Below are positions 51,779 to 62,326 of a stretch of 64,000 bases of DNA, piece by piece. Location: IMG/VR virus record IMGVR_UViG_3300034358_000008, positions 62,001-126,000 of that record; one strand, 5' to 3'. The first letter of the stretch is position 1; each line of letters starts with the position of its first letter. Below the pieces are notes generated by a model, which ran no database searches, was not told where the DNA came from, and was given only the letters and a program-made list of their open reading frames with translations. Made by a program: the position numbers and the translations under genes.

Positions 51779-53677
51779 ATGATTCGTGACAAAGATACCG
51801 CTGCTACTCAAACCCCAGCCGCAGCAGTTCAACCAGCTCCAGCTTATCAAGCACCACAACAATCGCAGGCGACGCAAATGGAACAACCACAAGTGCAACA
51901 AACCCAATTCGCTGGTCGTGACCTGAACTCGAACTTCGAGCGTTCCGGTAAGACCCAAGGTGGCGACGCTCGTTCGAGTGAAGCACTGCAACTCTTCAAC
52001 CGTTTGAAAGAACAAGCTGTTGCATCCCAGGATCTGAAGGACGACTTCACCATCCTGCGTTTCGACCGTGACCAGAACCAAGTCGGTTGGTCTTCGCTGA
52101 TCATCGCTAAGCAAGCTACCATCAACGGTAAGCCACTGATCGTGGTTCGTCCACTGATCATGCCTAACGCTGCGATCGAACTGCCAGCCCGTAAGGTCAC
52201 CCTGCAAAACGGCATGCATCAAGAAATCATCGAGACCGAAGTTTCGGTTGGTGACGTATTCAGCAAGAAGTATCACGGTAAGCTGGTAGCTTTCGTTCAG
52301 GCATCCCTGAGCAAGCCAAACGCTGAAGTGGTTCTGGCTGGTGCATTCCCAATCCCTGCTGATCTGGTCCTGAAGGATTCCGAACTGCAACTGCGTTCGC
52401 TGTTGATCAAATCGGTTAACGCCTGTGAAGATCACCTGCAACGTCGTAGCGGTGAGAAGCCGTTCACCATCGGCATGCTGAAAGGCAACGATGAAACTCT
52501 GGCAGCCAAGATCGATACTCGTGATCTGACTGTAACCGATACTCTGGGTAACCCGATCCGTTCGGACGTGGTTGTAGGCATGCAGCGTGTTCGCCGTCAA
52601 GGTCAACAACAAGAGAACGAGTTCTACGAGACTGACGTCAAGTTGAACCAAGTATCCATGTTCACCAACCTGGAATATCAGCAACAAGCTCAGCAGAACA
52701 CCATGTTCGGTGCTGGTCAACAAGTTGCTCAACCAACCCCACCATGCACCGCAGCAGTGGTAATCACTGACGTACGTAACGCTGATGGCATTCAGGCTAA
52801 CACTCCTGAAATGTACTGGCTGTCGCTGTCCAACGCATACCGTGCAACTCACGGTCACGCTTGGGCTCGTCCATTCCTGCCACAAACTGGTAAGGTAAAA
52901 GACCTGCGTGACATCGGTGCTCTGGGCTGGTTGTCTCAGCTGCAAAACAAGATCGACACCAAGGCTGCTTCGTTCGACGACGCACAGTTCGGCATGCTGA
53001 CTCTGAGCATGATCAAACAACAGCCAGTGTTCCAGATCGACCTCAACCGTCTGGGTGAGAACGGTCCGATCGATGGCATGCTGTTGGACGCTGCTGGTGG
53101 TGAGAACCAACAGAAAGCAGTAGCAACTGTAGTTCGTCAGGTAACCAACCTGCTGGGTGTTGACTTCGGTAAGTTCTTCGACTACACCACTCAACCGATT
53201 CTGGTTAAGACTGGTCAGACTATCGACCTGGGTCACTACCTCGATGAAGATGGTGAGAAGCGCGACCGTCGTGAACTGGATAACCTGGGTGCCCTCAACG
53301 CATCGGAAGGTAACCTGAACGAATGGTGGGCTTACTACGGTTCGCAACAGAACACCAACATCCACCCGGATCAGCGTACCAAGCAGTCGCGTAACTTCGA
53401 CCGTCAGTACCTGGGTAGCACTGTTACGTACACCGGTAAAGCCGAACGCTGCACCTTCAACCCTAAGTTCATCGAAGCACTGGACGCAGCAATCGTTGCT
53501 GTTGGTCTGAGCGTAACCATGGACAATACTTCGGTATTGAACTCCGGTCAACGCTTCACCGGTAACTCGGTGATCAACCAGTTCCAAGTTGGTGGCACTG
53601 CACAAGTACAACAGTACGGTGGTCAGCAACAAGGCTACGGTCCTCAGTACAACGCTGGTGTTGGTAGCTTCTACTAA
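51779..53677 (+). CDS. chmA: Chimallin, phage nuclear shell protein
   Basis: 632 aa; Q/P/A-rich flexible N-terminus and G/Q/Y-rich C-tail; strong codon bias; immediately upstream of the nvRNAP beta' gene as in phiKZ gp54/gp55. Confidence 0.85.
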   Translation: MIRDKDTAATQTPAAAVQPAPAYQAPQQSQATQMEQPQVQQTQFAGRDLNSNFERSGKTQGGDARSSEALQLFNRLKEQAVASQDLKDDFTILRFDRDQNQVGWSSLIIAKQATINGKPLIVVRPLIMPNAAIELPARKVTLQNGMHQEIIETEVSVGDVFSKKYHGKLVAFVQASLSKPNAEVVLAGAFPIPADLVLKDSELQLRSLLIKSVNACEDHLQRRSGEKPFTIGMLKGNDETLAAKIDTRDLTVTDTLGNPIRSDVVVGMQRVRRQGQQQENEFYETDVKLNQVSMFTNLEYQQQAQQNTMFGAGQQVAQPTPPCTAAVVITDVRNADGIQANTPEMYWLSLSNAYRATHGHAWARPFLPQTGKVKDLRDIGALGWLSQLQNKIDTKAASFDDAQFGMLTLSMIKQQPVFQIDLNRLGENGPIDGMLLDAAGGENQQKAVATVVRQVTNLLGVDFGKFFDYTTQPILVKTGQTIDLGHYLDEDGEKRDRRELDNLGALNASEGNLNEWWAYYGSQQNTNIHPDQRTKQSRNFDRQYLGSTVTYTGKAERCTFNPKFIEALDAAIVAVGLSVTMDNTSVLNSGQRFTGNSVINQFQVGGTAQVQQYGGQQQGYGPQYNAGVGSFY

Positions 53678-53801
53678 TAGCAGTAGTAACACCGGTCATT
53701 ACAAAGACCCAACCACATCTACCTAAATACTGGATAAACAGATGTGGTTGTAAAACTCCAAGTAACCGGTATCGGCTAGATGGAGCGTAATGATCAACTA
53801 A

Positions 53802-53848
53802 GAATACTGGGCTGCTCCTTCGGGAGCAGCTTAGTTATTCCTTTTTTG
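53802..53848 (+). terminator. Intrinsic terminator
   Basis: GCTGCTCC-TTCG-GGAGCAGC plus T-run. Confidence 0.85.
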
Positions 53849-53871
53849 TCTTTTGGTGATGAGGTAACTTA

Positions 53872-55335
53872 ATGGGTCTTCATTTGTCCATTGTCGATTT
53901 AGACGTGGTGCACGACAACTTCAAAGGCAAGATGGTTTATGCCAATGACTTTAACACCAGTACAGCAGAAGGTAAAGAAGCATTCCAACGTCACTTCTAT
54001 TCGCACTATCAAGATGCGGATGCAGTAGAGAACTCTGCTGCTTGTGACTGCGATCACATTACAGACGCACACAAACTGGGTGTGATCTGTGAAGTATGTG
54101 GTAACCCTGTAGTATCCACTAGTAACCGTCCTATCGTACCATCCATGTGGATCAGAGCACCAGAGGGAGTAGATCGTTTGATCTGTCCACAACTCTGGAT
54201 CATGCTATCGAACTACATGACGATGAAGGAATTCGATTTCCTTGAGTATCTAACGAACACCAGTTATAGTTACGATTATAATTCGATCAGTTCTAAAGAG
54301 ACTAAACGTAAGCTCGATAAAATGCTCCAACGGAACTTCCCTCGTGGTCTGAACAACTTCGTTCGGAACTTCGATGAGATCTTCCAGTTCTTGCTTGATG
54401 CTAACATCATCAACAATAACAAAACTGAGATGAACGAATTCATCCAGCAGAATAAAGGGAAGATGTTTCCACGACATATTCCTATCCCATCCAAACTCTG
54501 CTTCGTAGTGGAATCTACCACTAGCGGCAACTACATGGATGAACCTATTGGACCGGCTATCGAAGCGGTACTGACGTTCTGTTCCATTAGTAGTAGTCCG
54601 ATCCCAATTAAGCCGATCGTTGTCCAGAATCGGGTTGCAGAGTCCCTGAAGAACTATTCGTTGTATCACAAGACTCTAGCCAAATCGCGTATCGCGCAGA
54701 AGCCTGGATTGTGTCGACGACATGTACTCGGTGGTCGTTTGAACTTGACTGCTCGTGGTGTAATTACTTCGATCAGTGATCCGCATGATTATGATGAACT
54801 GCATATCCCGTGGGGCATTGCATGTCAACTGTTTAAGTATCACCTGATCAATAAGCTCAAGCGTAAGTATCGGATGCCTACGCGTAAGGCCCAAAGCTTC
54901 ATCTATGAACACGTTCTGCAATACAACCCCATCTTGGATGAGTTGTTTCAAGAGCTGATCGCAGAAGCGAAGTATAAAGGTCCATCGTGTACGTTCCACC
55001 GTAACCCGACCTTGCAACGTGGTTCGACTCAGATGTTCTTCATCACCAAGGTTAAGACTGACCTTCGTGATAACTCGATCAGTATGTCGGTTCTCTGCCT
55101 GAAGTCTCCTAACGCTGACTTTGACGGTGACCAACTGAACTTGACCTTGCTCCCAGATAACTATCTCGGCGACGCATGTGATCGTATTGCTCCACACACA
55201 TGGGTACTCAGTACAGATGATCCTCATCAGATCTCGGGTAACCTAGAGCTACAAGGCCCAGTTGTTGAAACTGTGGTGAACTATGTCCACGAAGATTATC
55301 TACCTTCACTTGAAGATTGGTTAAAAGGGGAATAA
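53872..55335 (+). CDS. Non-virion RNA polymerase beta' N-terminal subunit (phiKZ gp55-56.1-like)
   Basis: Zn-binding CDC...CEVC, RNPTL, catalytic NADFDGD. Confidence 0.9.
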   Translation: MGLHLSIVDLDVVHDNFKGKMVYANDFNTSTAEGKEAFQRHFYSHYQDADAVENSAACDCDHITDAHKLGVICEVCGNPVVSTSNRPIVPSMWIRAPEGVDRLICPQLWIMLSNYMTMKEFDFLEYLTNTSYSYDYNSISSKETKRKLDKMLQRNFPRGLNNFVRNFDEIFQFLLDANIINNNKTEMNEFIQQNKGKMFPRHIPIPSKLCFVVESTTSGNYMDEPIGPAIEAVLTFCSISSSPIPIKPIVVQNRVAESLKNYSLYHKTLAKSRIAQKPGLCRRHVLGGRLNLTARGVITSISDPHDYDELHIPWGIACQLFKYHLINKLKRKYRMPTRKAQSFIYEHVLQYNPILDELFQELIAEAKYKGPSCTFHRNPTLQRGSTQMFFITKVKTDLRDNSISMSVLCLKSPNADFDGDQLNLTLLPDNYLGDACDRIAPHTWVLSTDDPHQISGNLELQGPVVETVVNYVHEDYLPSLEDWLKGE

Positions 55336-55336
55336 G

Positions 55337-56275
55337 ATGCATACGCCAGCCTGTCGGACCATCTGCCTGTGTAACAACCCCGACAGGTTGTGCATAGCTG
55401 AACGGGAAGTATTAGACGACCCATCGATCATGACGAATAATCTTGGTGCTGACTACAGTCACTTCAAGACACCTCGTCTGCGACGACTGTATTGTGAGAC
55501 GGTAAAACGTGTCACCGGTACAATCATCGTTGACGATAATGACGTTAAAGTTGCTCGTGGTACATACCTCAAATTCGAGTCAGCTGTCCAACAGGCAGCT
55601 AATAATTTCTATGACGTTATCACCGATACGTTGTGGACCGATCCATGGGTTATCGTTCTGTCTAAAGGTTTGGGGTTGGGTTACATCGAACATGGTGACG
55701 AATGTAAATACCGTTACGCGATCCATTCCCTACAACACCCATTCTTCGACTGGTGTGGCAGTCAAGTATTGGATCTGATTAATAATGAAGCTGATCGAGC
55801 ATCCCTTTACACTCGAATGGGCAAACCAACTGAAGACCAGTACGCTGAAGCGGTTATCAAAGTCATTCGTATGATCGGTGAACCGTTCATCCCAACATTA
55901 CCAGAACTCACTAAATCAGAAGAAGCTCCTATGTCTGAAGAACCTGTTGTATCTAAAGAAGTAATTCTCTATCATAAAAACGGGGGTTGGCATCTCCAGT
56001 GGAAAGGTAAAAACCATCCTACTAAGATGGGTGGGTTACCAAAAAGTGATGTAGTGTACTCCAACGAGTTTTATAGCTTCGTTAATGGTGTCGCTAAGAC
56101 CGGTTTTAGTTTGCATGGCATTAACTACACGATTGAAGTTAACAAAGAGTTCATCATTGATACGATTATTGATGAGAAAGGAGATCCCCATTACGAAGTA
56201 GCCTTCCCAGTGGGTCATCCAGTGTTGGACTTACTCATGATTGATTACTCGGTCGTGGAGTTGACTAGTGGCTGA
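55337..56275 (+). CDS. Hypothetical protein
   Basis: 312-aa ORF. Confidence 0.65.
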   Translation: MHTPACRTICLCNNPDRLCIAEREVLDDPSIMTNNLGADYSHFKTPRLRRLYCETVKRVTGTIIVDDNDVKVARGTYLKFESAVQQAANNFYDVITDTLWTDPWVIVLSKGLGLGYIEHGDECKYRYAIHSLQHPFFDWCGSQVLDLINNEADRASLYTRMGKPTEDQYAEAVIKVIRMIGEPFIPTLPELTKSEEAPMSEEPVVSKEVILYHKNGGWHLQWKGKNHPTKMGGLPKSDVVYSNEFYSFVNGVAKTGFSLHGINYTIEVNKEFIIDTIIDEKGDPHYEVAFPVGHPVLDLLMIDYSVVELTSG

Positions 56276-56450
56276 AACTAGAATACGTCGTGGTAAGGTT
56301 GTCACCATCCCAGATGAGTGGCTGCACAACATCACTACTCGTGGAACTTTAAAGGACCGTAGAGATGCACGGATTGTAGTACGCGCTTCAAGGAAGCGTA
56401 GACTGCGAGCCGAACGGAACTTTGACTTCGATAGCCAATTGACTGAGTAG
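56268..56450 (+). CDS. Small basic protein
   Basis: GGAG RBS; Arg-rich. Confidence 0.6.
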   Translation: MAETRIRRGKVVTIPDEWLHNITTRGTLKDRRDARIVVRASRKRRLRAERNFDFDSQLTE

Positions 56451-56480
56451 ACTTTATTTGAGATCTATATCACAGGTATG
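56446..56480 (+). promoter_or_regulatory. Early promoter
   Basis: AGTAGAC-N13-TATATCAC-N5-TG. Confidence 0.65.
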
Positions 56481-56654
56481 CAAATGAAGAAACGCATTGA
56501 TCTAGATTACTTGGCTGATCGTATCAAGGCCTGGGGTAAACCAACGCCACAACAGGTAATTGATTTGATTGCTCAGATGTATAAAGAGTTGGAACCGGAT
56601 TACACAGGTAATTCGATGGACCATGTCAACTGTTGATAACGGGAGAAATGACAT

Positions 56655-57266
56655 ATGCTACAACAAGCCTACGGCGTTGACCTGATGGATATCGCCGCTG
56701 GTGGACATCTCGATTCGCACACCTCGAACTGGCTCCAAGATCGAACGTATAACCTGATGCAGAATGTATCGTCCACTACAGCTGGATGGTTCAACAAAGC
56801 TCGTACGTTCTATCAGACGATCTCTGAGTCGGATGCACTGCAAGCACTTCGGAACTTGACTGCGAAAGCTGACACTAGTTGGATGGGTAACAACATTCAC
56901 TATTGCAACAGCATTGAACAGATCCAAACTGCTAACCCAATCATGCAACGTTACATCATGGCTGAACCACGTCTGCGAGATATGTATCTCAATGAATCGG
57001 TTGAAGGTTATGCTGGTAGCTATACCAACTATCATGGTACGGCTGTCGGTGTGAACCATTATGACTATCGTCGAGTAATGGACGGTATGGCGATGGTGTC
57101 TGACACTCATCTTGAATGGAACGATTTCTATGAGAACGTACCAGAAGAAGACAAAGAGTTGTCGTTGTTTGAGAAGGTAGATGTCATCCGTACTTGGAAC
57201 CTAGTGAACGGAGAACTTGATGCACACGAGATGGACCCAACTAGTCCAATCGGTAACCTGCTGTAA
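56655..57266 (+). CDS. Conserved chimallivirus protein (phiKZ gp59-like, possibly Imp3 import factor)
   Basis: Q.ANPIMQRYIMAEP, HYDYRRVMDG and DPTS motifs; synteny. Confidence 0.55.
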   Translation: MLQQAYGVDLMDIAAGGHLDSHTSNWLQDRTYNLMQNVSSTTAGWFNKARTFYQTISESDALQALRNLTAKADTSWMGNNIHYCNSIEQIQTANPIMQRYIMAEPRLRDMYLNESVEGYAGSYTNYHGTAVGVNHYDYRRVMDGMAMVSDTHLEWNDFYENVPEEDKELSLFEKVDVIRTWNLVNGELDAHEMDPTSPIGNLL

Positions 57267-57271
57267 GATCC

Positions 57272-57303
57272 CATAAGAGAGCCCTACGGGGCTCTCATTT
57301 ATT
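57272..57303 (+). terminator. Intrinsic terminator
   Basis: GAGAGCCC-TACG-GGGCTCTC. Confidence 0.75.
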
Positions 57304-57308
57304 CCGAG

Positions 57309-58702
57309 GTGCACATGCAAACTGAATACACTAGTCTTAATGAAATTCCTGGTCTAGGTCCATTCAACGAGGCTGCTGTTTACGATGCTAGTCAGTATCA
57401 CGACTTCTATCGTAACCGTGCAGGTAACTTTACCTATCGTGGTGAAGACGAAACTGATGAACGTACGCCACGTTTCTACCCAAACACTTTCTTCGGACGT
57501 GGTGAAGTAGCTGGTGTTTACCCAACACCATTTCAGACCGTAGAAGTTAAAGCTGAAGGTAAAACATACCACTTGATTTTCCGTAGTGAGTTCAGTCACT
57601 TCTTCTGTGATGAAGTATGGCGTGAAGATGGACCAGGTATCTTCAGTGAAGTGCATGTCCTGCGTCTACCACAGGATCATCCAGCCACCGCTTTGTTCGT
57701 TACTGAACAAGTAGGAACATCACGTGTGGTTCAAACCGTATACGACCCTGTCGCTTAATCCATTTAAGAGGAATGATCATGTCACAACCTAAAGAACCTA
57801 TACTCCTCAACTATCACTTCCATAAAGAAGAAGACGGTAAATGGATTCTCTTCTCGGAATGGGGTGGTGACATCGCTTATACCCCTGAGATCTTCGAGCA
57901 ATACATCCGTCCACATATCAGCGTTGTAGCGGGTGTGGGTGATCACCTGTTCCACGGTCATGACTTCTCGATGGACTCCGTAGGCTTCGGTAAGTTGCCT
58001 GCTCGTCTGGCTATCCATTTCTTTGGTGGCCAACTGCATAACGTGAAAGTAGCCTTAGGTGGACTCGATCCTCTGACCTATGGTGTCCCTGTTAATCAAT
58101 TCATATTGCGTCTTCCTCTCATGGAAGGTGTACCGTTGATTGTGTTCGAAGCTGAAGAACTAGATCCAGCGGCATAACTCTGCAATATCTTGTGTAGTGG
58201 AACCTTCGGGTTCCACGCACTTGTTATTTTTTTTTACAGAGGGCTTCACATGACTGAGATTACTTTCGGCACCTATGCTAGCATTAACGATTTGCCGCGC
58301 TTTGCTGCACTGGTTGCAGAGAAAGGTCCATTTAACCCGCAAGTCTACGTTGTCATTAAACGTAACCTACAGGGGCAATACACTATCGACGAAGAAGTGT
58401 CTTATACCGAAGACGAGTCTGGTGTACGCACTCAGTTGATTGAGTGGGACTTCGAGATGTATGAAGAAGATGGTGGTGTACTGGGTCTGTCTACCGCTTT
58501 GCCGGGTATTGCACAAACTGAATTTGGTGGTGCACGTTACAACATTTGGGCAAACGATACCGTAGTTAGTGATCATGAACTGGTCTATTCGGTTACGTTC
58601 GATATCCCTAATGCTGGTGGCCAAATGCACATGTTGGCTTTGGCGATCCCTTCGGATCACCCGGTTCTGCAATGCTATCGCCGCATTAACCAACCAGTGT
58701 AA
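57309..58702 (+). other. Acidic hypothetical ORFs 57309-57758, 57773-58177, 58250-58702
   Basis: RBSs; terminators at 58197-58235 and 58708-58747. Confidence 0.65.
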
Positions 58703-58754
58703 AACCTGCGGGGCCTTAGGGCTCCGCATCTATCCCTTTCTTTTTTGGTGACTT

Positions 58755-59162
58755 ATGCCTAAGTATCTACCAACATTGGGTGTTACAGGTTGGATCAATG
58801 ACTTTGCTGGCACAGCCGATTACCTGTTGTCCTGCTACATTGCGACTGAAGCATCTGACTCAGTATTACATGATGAACAAAATACCTCAATGCAATATAC
58901 ATTGAAGACTAAAGCTGGCGACATGCTTGGTATCGAACAACAGATGGTTAACGACCTAGCCACCAAGTTTCAAGCTGTTTATGGGAATACTGCTGAAGCC
59001 TTTGTAGAGGTTACAGCTGATGACCCTAATAAGCCTGATCAATTCTCTATCAGTTTTACTGGCGTTGTTTACGACGAACTCGGTAGACCTTATACAGTCG
59101 GTAAGCTTGTGTTCATCGATGAAGGACGTGTCGTCAGAATCGCTAAACTCAACAATGGATAA
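58755..59162 (+). CDS. Conserved phiKZ-like protein (gp62-like)
   Basis: PTLGVTGW N-terminus; synteny. Confidence 0.55.
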   Translation: MPKYLPTLGVTGWINDFAGTADYLLSCYIATEASDSVLHDEQNTSMQYTLKTKAGDMLGIEQQMVNDLATKFQAVYGNTAEAFVEVTADDPNKPDQFSISFTGVVYDELGRPYTVGKLVFIDEGRVVRIAKLNNG

Positions 59163-59166
59163 ACAC

Positions 59167-59688
59167 ATGGACACTACACCTAACAGCCCATTCGATCAAC
59201 TGGCTATCGACGTAGCCGGTATCAAACAAACTCAAGCCGCTATCCAAAAACGTCTTGATGAACTCGACGTTACTATCCTGAAGATCATCAAGCTCTTCAA
59301 GTCTGGTGAAGAAGCTTTCGAACTGCGTGTTGCACGCGTTCTGAGCAATACCTTCAAAGGTCTGACCGATAACCTCGATCATTCGATTCAAGATGCTGCC
59401 GAAGGCGTAGCACAACTGGAACGTGGTTTCGATATCTACCCAGTTGATGGAGAGACCGTTCAAGAGAACGAGCAGACTGTTCTGGTAGTTAAGACCGAAG
59501 AGGGTGGTTACAACTATTCTCTGGCCCGTGATCCAGAAACTATCATCAACGATGGTTGTGAACCATTCAGCCGGTTCTTTGATGAGAACCCACAACTGTT
59601 CGGTGAACGTAAAGAGCTACTGGTAAACATCATTGCTTATACCACTAAGCAAACGACTAAGCCGGAGAGTACTGATGGGGAACGTTAA
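59167..59688 (+). CDS. Hypothetical coiled-coil protein
   Basis: ORF in a core operon. Confidence 0.6.
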   Translation: MDTTPNSPFDQLAIDVAGIKQTQAAIQKRLDELDVTILKIIKLFKSGEEAFELRVARVLSNTFKGLTDNLDHSIQDAAEGVAQLERGFDIYPVDGETVQENEQTVLVVKTEEGGYNYSLARDPETIINDGCEPFSRFFDENPQLFGERKELLVNIIAYTTKQTTKPESTDGER

Positions 59689-60286
59689 CTATCTCTCGGG
59701 GCTGCACGTAAGTGAAATGGAGGTTCAGCGCGCATGCGCTGACATCCTAGCCAATGACGAGCGACAGACTCCCGTTGTTACAGAAGATATCTTCGAACAC
59801 CAGATTGTTCCTTTGCTGCAACGACCATGGGATGAAAAGAACCTTGCTATTTATAAGCGGTATGTAGTCGAACTGACTATGCCTCTACGAGTAGCGGGTG
59901 TACGTAACGGTCAGACGGTTACGTTGTTCACTGTTCCACCTCTACACGCTCGTGTGGATACCTCTATGAGTGGTATTCATGACATCACGGTTAACCATCT
60001 AATCGAACATGCTTCGATGTTACGTCACCGTGGTACGAACGAACCTGTAGAACGGTACGTTGCCGAATACCTACATCAGATCTCTCAACTAGTTCCTATT
60101 GAAGAGAAACTCCTTGTCCCACTTGGGGCTATCCTAGCGTTGTACGGAAAGACTTTCGTCGACGACGGAGGGTTTCCTTTATACGAGTTGGATGGCCAAC
60201 CAAAGACTACGATCAGTAGTACAGGTGAAGTAATTAACCTGTCGGGTGACCCATTCCAAAGCGACGGATTATTGGATGAAGACTGA
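59675..60286 (+). CDS. Conserved hypothetical protein (gp64-like)
   Basis: GGAG RBS; LFTVPPL motif. Confidence 0.6.
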   Translation: MGNVNYLSGLHVSEMEVQRACADILANDERQTPVVTEDIFEHQIVPLLQRPWDEKNLAIYKRYVVELTMPLRVAGVRNGQTVTLFTVPPLHARVDTSMSGIHDITVNHLIEHASMLRHRGTNEPVERYVAEYLHQISQLVPIEEKLLVPLGAILALYGKTFVDDGGFPLYELDGQPKTTISSTGEVINLSGDPFQSDGLLDED

Positions 60287-61424
60287 CCGGACTAAAATGC
60301 CTGGAGTGTTCAAGTACATTAGTTTAGGCGATGTCCATTTAGGGCATCGCTTGACTCCAGCATCTCACATCATCAAAAACCTACAACGTTTGATTACTGA
60401 TGATCTGTTGAAGACACTTGACATGATCATTATCACTGGGGATCTATTCGACCGTCAGTTGAACAATGGTGACGATGACGTAAACGCTATCAACCGTTGG
60501 ATCACCATTCTGTTGTACAAGTGCGCTGCGTATGACGTGCATCTGTATATTGTAGAAGGGACTCCAAGTCATGACCGTAAACAATCTCAATTCTTCATTG
60601 AGCAGAAAGTAAACGCCAATATTCCGGTGGAATTACACTATGCGAAAGAGCTAGAGATTCTTTACAACGACCGCTTTGACGCTCATTTCCTTTTTGTCCC
60701 TGATAAATGGCATCCTAGTACTTCCGTGACCTTGGGTCAAGTGAAAGCTAAGATGAAGGAATTGGGAATTGAGCAAGTTGACTTTGCTGTAATGCACGGG
60801 GCATTCACTTATCAACTACCTAGCATCGTAGAAGAACCTACTCATGATCAGTTCGAATACCTCTGCTTGGTTAAACACCAGATCTTGATTGGTCACGTAC
60901 ACAACATGACCGTCTACGAAGACAAGATCTATGCTGCGGGTTCATTTGATCGAATCTGTCACGCTGATGAAATCCCTAAAGGAATGTTTCACTTTGAAGT
61001 CCGTAAAGATGATACGTTCACAGCTACGTTCATTGAGAACAAAGGGGCTAAGTCTTACGTTACTTGGGAAGTCCACGGGTTAGATACCAAAGAGCTGAAC
61101 TTCCAAGTCAAAGAACGTATACAAAACCTACCAAAAGGTTCCTCTATCCGCCTAAGGTGTGATCCGGGAGACGTAGCTAACGGTGACATTGATTCATACC
61201 GTCGAGAGTATCAATCTTTCGATTGGCAGATCACTGTGGAAAAAGCTACCGCCAAGAAGAATACTGTGATGGAGTCCATGCGTAACTTCGATATGTCAGA
61301 GTTTGTCCCTATCACTAAGGATAACATTCTAGAACTGTTGTTGTACGAGTTGGAAAACCAAGGGCACTCAGAGACGACCGTGGAACGTTGCGCTATGAGA
61401 TTTAAAGAGTTAGTAAAGGGATAA
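60276..61424 (+). CDS. SbcD/Mre11-like metallophosphoesterase nuclease
   Basis: GDVH, GDLFD, GTPSHD, MHG and GHVH motifs. Confidence 0.88.
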   Translation: MKTDRTKMPGVFKYISLGDVHLGHRLTPASHIIKNLQRLITDDLLKTLDMIIITGDLFDRQLNNGDDDVNAINRWITILLYKCAAYDVHLYIVEGTPSHDRKQSQFFIEQKVNANIPVELHYAKELEILYNDRFDAHFLFVPDKWHPSTSVTLGQVKAKMKELGIEQVDFAVMHGAFTYQLPSIVEEPTHDQFEYLCLVKHQILIGHVHNMTVYEDKIYAAGSFDRICHADEIPKGMFHFEVRKDDTFTATFIENKGAKSYVTWEVHGLDTKELNFQVKERIQNLPKGSSIRLRCDPGDVANGDIDSYRREYQSFDWQITVEKATAKKNTVMESMRNFDMSEFVPITKDNILELLLYELENQGHSETTVERCAMRFKELVKG

Positions 61425-61427
61425 ACC

Positions 61428-62255
61428 ATGGATCTCATTGAAAGAGAAGTTGGGCAGATACCAGTTAGTATCGGAACCTCTCTTGCCTTTGAGGGTTACT
61501 TAGGTACTCATCCGAATCCACCTAGGCAACCAATTGACGTTAAATCGGTAAAAGAAATCTGGGTCAACCTTAGAACGTTGGCTCGGAATCTTTGGTCTGC
61601 TGTACCTACATCTGAAGTGGCGAACTTAAACCCAGCGGCTGCTGTAGATGTTCTGATGCAAGAGGTCCAAACGATACCGGTTGCATTGGCGCAAGCTGGC
61701 GCTCGGGCGAAGATTCGTTATTACATTGCAGGTAAAGACGCAATGAAATGGATGTTCCCCAAAGCTATCTTTAAAGAAGCCAAGACGCCTAAACAAATGG
61801 CATACGAAGTTTACGAGCGGTACGCCGCTATCGAGTTGTATCAGCGAATGAAAGCTGAGGGCATAGAGGTTATGGAGATCAATAAGAAGCCTCCACCTAG
61901 TGAAGGCACTATTGCACTCATGACTCACTACCCACATGAATTACTATGGAAGGAACACTTCCAACGTCTGCTGTTGCTTGAGTCCCATACCGGTAAGTTC
62001 AAGCCATGGCAAATGTGGTACACCAAGCTAAACAACATAAAAGAGGATACACCCATGCCCTTCCTCAAATACACCATACAGGTGTTTGGAGATGGCGTGG
62101 ATCTAGTGCCTCAACCGCGTGCGATCGTAGGACAGTTACGTCAACTAGCCCTTAACAAGAAGTGGTCACCCGTTACCACTGAAGGCAAGTTGTACCATGA
62201 CATTCAAGCCTACGGCTCAAAAGAACTTAAAGAATCATATGCTACGCTGAGATAA
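61428..62255 (+). CDS. Conserved chimallivirus protein (gp66-like)
   Basis: 275 aa; LLESHTG motif; synteny. Confidence 0.6.
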   Translation: MDLIEREVGQIPVSIGTSLAFEGYLGTHPNPPRQPIDVKSVKEIWVNLRTLARNLWSAVPTSEVANLNPAAAVDVLMQEVQTIPVALAQAGARAKIRYYIAGKDAMKWMFPKAIFKEAKTPKQMAYEVYERYAAIELYQRMKAEGIEVMEINKKPPPSEGTIALMTHYPHELLWKEHFQRLLLLESHTGKFKPWQMWYTKLNNIKEDTPMPFLKYTIQVFGDGVDLVPQPRAIVGQLRQLALNKKWSPVTTEGKLYHDIQAYGSKELKESYATLR

Positions 62256-62326
62256 TACTCCAGCAGCATATCTTACGTACCACACACTCTCGAGAAGTGT
62301 AATTTAATCCAATTGGAGTTATACCC

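Noticed and set aside
51764-53692. 642-aa antisense ORF over chmA
   Set aside because: Same in-register shadow effect. The long antisense ORFs at 8346-9851, 15714-16769 and 31599-32543 were rejected for the same reason.
53872-55335. Intron or intein in the nvRNAP beta' gene (split in phiKZ)
   Set aside because: The ORF is continuous through NADFDGD; no insertion seen.
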